From Oikopleura dioica (taxonomy: Eukaryota; Animalia; Chordata): a DNA stretch of 64,000 bases. This document shows, piece after piece, positions 61,122-64,000 of this stretch. The DNA lies in NCBI GenBank assembly GCA_907165135.1, contig OU015567.1, forward strand, positions 9,734,001 through 9,798,000. The letters run 5' to 3'. The notes under the pieces are model-generated. The model did no database searches. It saw only the letters and a program-made list of their open reading frames with translations, and was not told the origin of the DNA. Position numbers and translations under genes: made by a program. Every line of letters starts with the position of its first letter. Position 1 is the first letter of the stretch.

Positions 61122-64000
61122 ATGGCCGAAAATCAACCGGCAGCAAACGTTTTTGCCGATAAACAAGAGCTAGGCAGAGAGTCCAACAAAAAGGCCTACC
61201 GTGATCTTACCAGCCAAAACAAGAGTAAAAAGAACATCAAAAAAGGTTTCTTAGAATTCCATCTATCTGACCCATTCTTTGATCTTAGTTTAATTAATCC
61301 AGTGATTTATAGGGTGAATAAACGTTGAATAAGTCACGTTTTTAATCTTTTACGAGCCTTGACGAGGTTGCACTAGAACTTGGCCTATCCGCTATTTTCG
61401 CGTGAATCACCGTCGTTGAAAAAGAAACTATCTAACCGAATGAAAGCAAAATTCCAGACTCTGGATAATTGACTGTCACGTAAAACTAAAACTGGACCAA
61501 GCGTGAAACCTGATTTTTAATTACAGCAGCACGATCCTTGAATCCAACAATTATTTCAATTACCAAGAAATTAAACTTTGAGGGGACGGGCAGACAAGTC
61601 GTAGTTGACAACTTTTCTGGGTCACAAGTTTTCAGCAATTTAGTAATCGGAATCATCATCTATCCGAATGAAATTTTTATGGTCTTCTTTTCAGGTTACG
61701 AGTACGAATCACAGCAGTGGGACAGTGATGAAATTCCAGCGACCGAGCGCGACTTGGCCGACGACGCGCCCTGGAAGCAAATCCAGAAGAACACCTTCAC
61801 CAGATGGTGCAACGAGCATCTCAAAGTCGCCAACATGAGACTCAACGATCTGGGCACAGACCTGTCCGACGGTTTGCGGCTCATTGCGCTCATCGAGGTC
61901 CTCTCGCAAAAACACGTCGGAAAATTCAACAAACGGCCAACTTTTAGGTAAATTGAACTTTTATCAATCTTCTTGACTAAGTTTTTAGACAAATGAAGAT
62001 GGAAAACGTAGCCCTCGCTTTGGAGTTTTTAGAAAGCGAGCGAATCAGATTAGTGTCGATCGACGCCCAAGCTATAGTCGACGGCAACCTCAAGTTAATA
62101 TTGGGTCTGATATGGACCCTTATTCTTCACTATTCCATATCGATGCCGATGTGGGAGGGAGAAGAAGAAGGTGCCCAGGACCTTACACCGAAGCAACGTC
62201 TCCTTGGCTGGATCCAAAACAAAATCCCTCAAATTCCTATTACAAATTTCTCCAGAGATTGGCAAGATGGTCGAGCTCTTGGTGCTCTTGTTGACAACTG
62301 CGCTCCAGGTAAAAACACATTCTCTCTACTATCTTCATCAGCACTTTCCTTCTTTCTTTCTTCACAATTTCTAATAACTCTAAGGCCTGTGCCCTGAATG
62401 GGTCGAATGGGACCCTCAGAATCGCGTTGAAAACGCAACCACAGCCATGGGCCTTGCCGAAGAGCATTTAGGCGTGGCTCAGGTAATATTTTTTCCGACC
62501 TTTCTTTCATTTCTTTCACCCTCTTGGTGACTCTCATTCTTTCTTCCGTTTGACCGTGTGATAACCATTTGAAACATTGTGTGATTTACAGGTTTGTGTC
62601 CTGACTGGGAAGACTGGGGCCCTGATGGCCAAAGAAACGCTGATGAAGCAATGGCTTTGGCGGAGAAATATCTTGGAGTGGCGAAGGTGAGCCTACTTTT
62701 AGGCACACTCGGAGAAATCGTTTTGCACATTTATGCTTTTATTTCATCGTGTGTTTGTTTTAGCGTGATTTTTATTACCCGTTGTACCTTTTTTAAATAT
62801 CTGTCTATTAGGTCATCGCGCCGGAAGAAATTACCAACCCTCATGTTGATGACCAGTCGGTTATGACCTATTTGTCGCAGTTCCCCAATGCGAAGCTCGT
62901 CAAAAACGCTCCTCTTCGCAACAAAACCGATCCCAAAAAAGCTCGAGCGTACGGCAAAGGTGTCACTGCAACCGGCAACAAGGTGAGTTTAGAGAAAAGT
63001 GCTTGATAAACATGTTCCGGAAGTAAAGGTTATAAGTTCTCCACCCTCTGCAGAGGAAGGCTGGCTCTGCCGCAGGCCGTGTTCAGCGGGGCTTTGACGA
63101 TAAACAAGCATTCCATGTCTCTTTTTTGGATAAGCTCTAATTTAGTATTTTTATTTACTCCAAAGAGAAAGTACTTCTTTTACCTGCGATTTTCAGGTCG
63201 GTGAACCAGCTCCTTTCACCGTTGATACTGCCTCCGCTGGCACCGGCGACGTCCTTGTTTACGTTCAGGACCCTGCTGGTCATACAGAGGAAGTAGCTGC
63301 AGTTGCCAATAACGATAAGAATAAGACCTACTCTGTCGTTTATCATCCCCAGCTCCCTGGCCAACATCAAGTCACAGTCCTTTTCTCTGGAAAGGACATC
63401 AACAAGAGCCCATTTGTCGTCGACGTAGCAGACTCCCCTCCCTGCCCAGACCAAGTCATCGCGAAGGGTCCTGGTCTTGAAGCTACAGGAAACATCGTCA
63501 GCAGAGAAACCCATTTTGAAGTCTTCACTGCTGGTTGTGGAATTGGCGAGCTCGAGGTTGTCATTCTTGATCCAAATGGTGCACCTAGTGTTATTCCTGA
63601 TGTCTTCCCGACTGGCCCCGGAAGTTTCTCAGTAAAATACATTCCCCAACAACAAGGACCTCATAACGTGCAAATCCTCTTCGGTGGCGGCCACATCCGA
63701 CACTCCCCGTTCAACGTCCAAATTGACCTCCCCTTTAACCCTCAAGCTGCCTGGGCGGAAGGACCTGGCCTTGCTCCAGAAGGACTTATTGTTCGCGATC
63801 AAGCAGCCTTCGTTGTTCACACAGAAGAAGCTGGAAGCGGCCAACTTGATATTCGAATCATTGGTCCACGGGGTATCTCTGAACCAGTAAACATTGTTGA
63901 CAACGGTGACGGAACTTACTCCTGCGATTACGTTCCGCTCAAAGCTGGCCAATACAACGTAGCGATTTCATACAGTGGTAAGCCTATCAACGGAAGTCCT
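61122..64000 (+). CDS. FLN: Filamin (CH1, CH2, first Ig repeats), truncated by the window end
   Basis: [28 protein letters not shown]; [33 protein letters not shown]; [15 protein letters not shown]; [10 protein letters not shown]; filamin repeats KSPFVV..AKGPGLE. Proximal first exon 61122-61245. Confidence 0.98.
62385..62686 (+). other. Two tandem homologous, mutually exclusive filamin CH2 exons (62385-62482 and 62592-62686)
   Basis: [32 protein letters not shown] (98 nt) versus [31 protein letters not shown] (95 nt); both phase 1 to 0, so joint inclusion shifts the frame. Confidence 0.92.

Overview
Eukaryotic, very compact genomic DNA. Introns are mostly 35-130 nt, GC-AG and GA-AG donors sit beside GT-AG, intergenic gaps are tiny and the proteins are chordate-like. 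This points to a larvacean tunicate (Oikopleura-like), which is an inference. Gene order: a Galactosyl_T glycosyltransferase (-), a 59-aa Id/emc-like HLH microprotein (-), then a co-directional + cluster of an MFSD8-like transporter, ECT2, DRG1, a short POLR1E/A49-like gene and DNMBP/Tuba. A 1.55-kb non-autonomous LTR element lies in the last DNMBP intron. Next come a divergent beta-catenin (-) with a hAT MITE inside its N-terminal exon and a piggyBac-like MITE in an intron, a SNAG-less Snail (-), a MITE cluster and a secreted vWA protein (-). These are followed by an ERG-type KCNH channel (+) with an intronic tRNA-Ser, a vWA-collagen gene (-), a very divergent TGF-beta-type ligand (-), an interstitial TTAGGG tract and filamin (+, truncated) with mutually exclusive CH2 exons. 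Best leads: (1) a 180-nt insertion with terminal inverted repeats and CT...CG ends that interrupts the conserved KCNH C-linker and has no G[TCAG]-AG parse; (2) the exonic MITE in beta-catenin, possibly intron birth in progress; (3) an A49 lacking its tWH domain; (4) the TGF-beta-like ligand. Gene models were spliced by eye and homologies recalled from known family motifs, with no database search. Several 1-nt frameshifts suggest assembly errors may be present.
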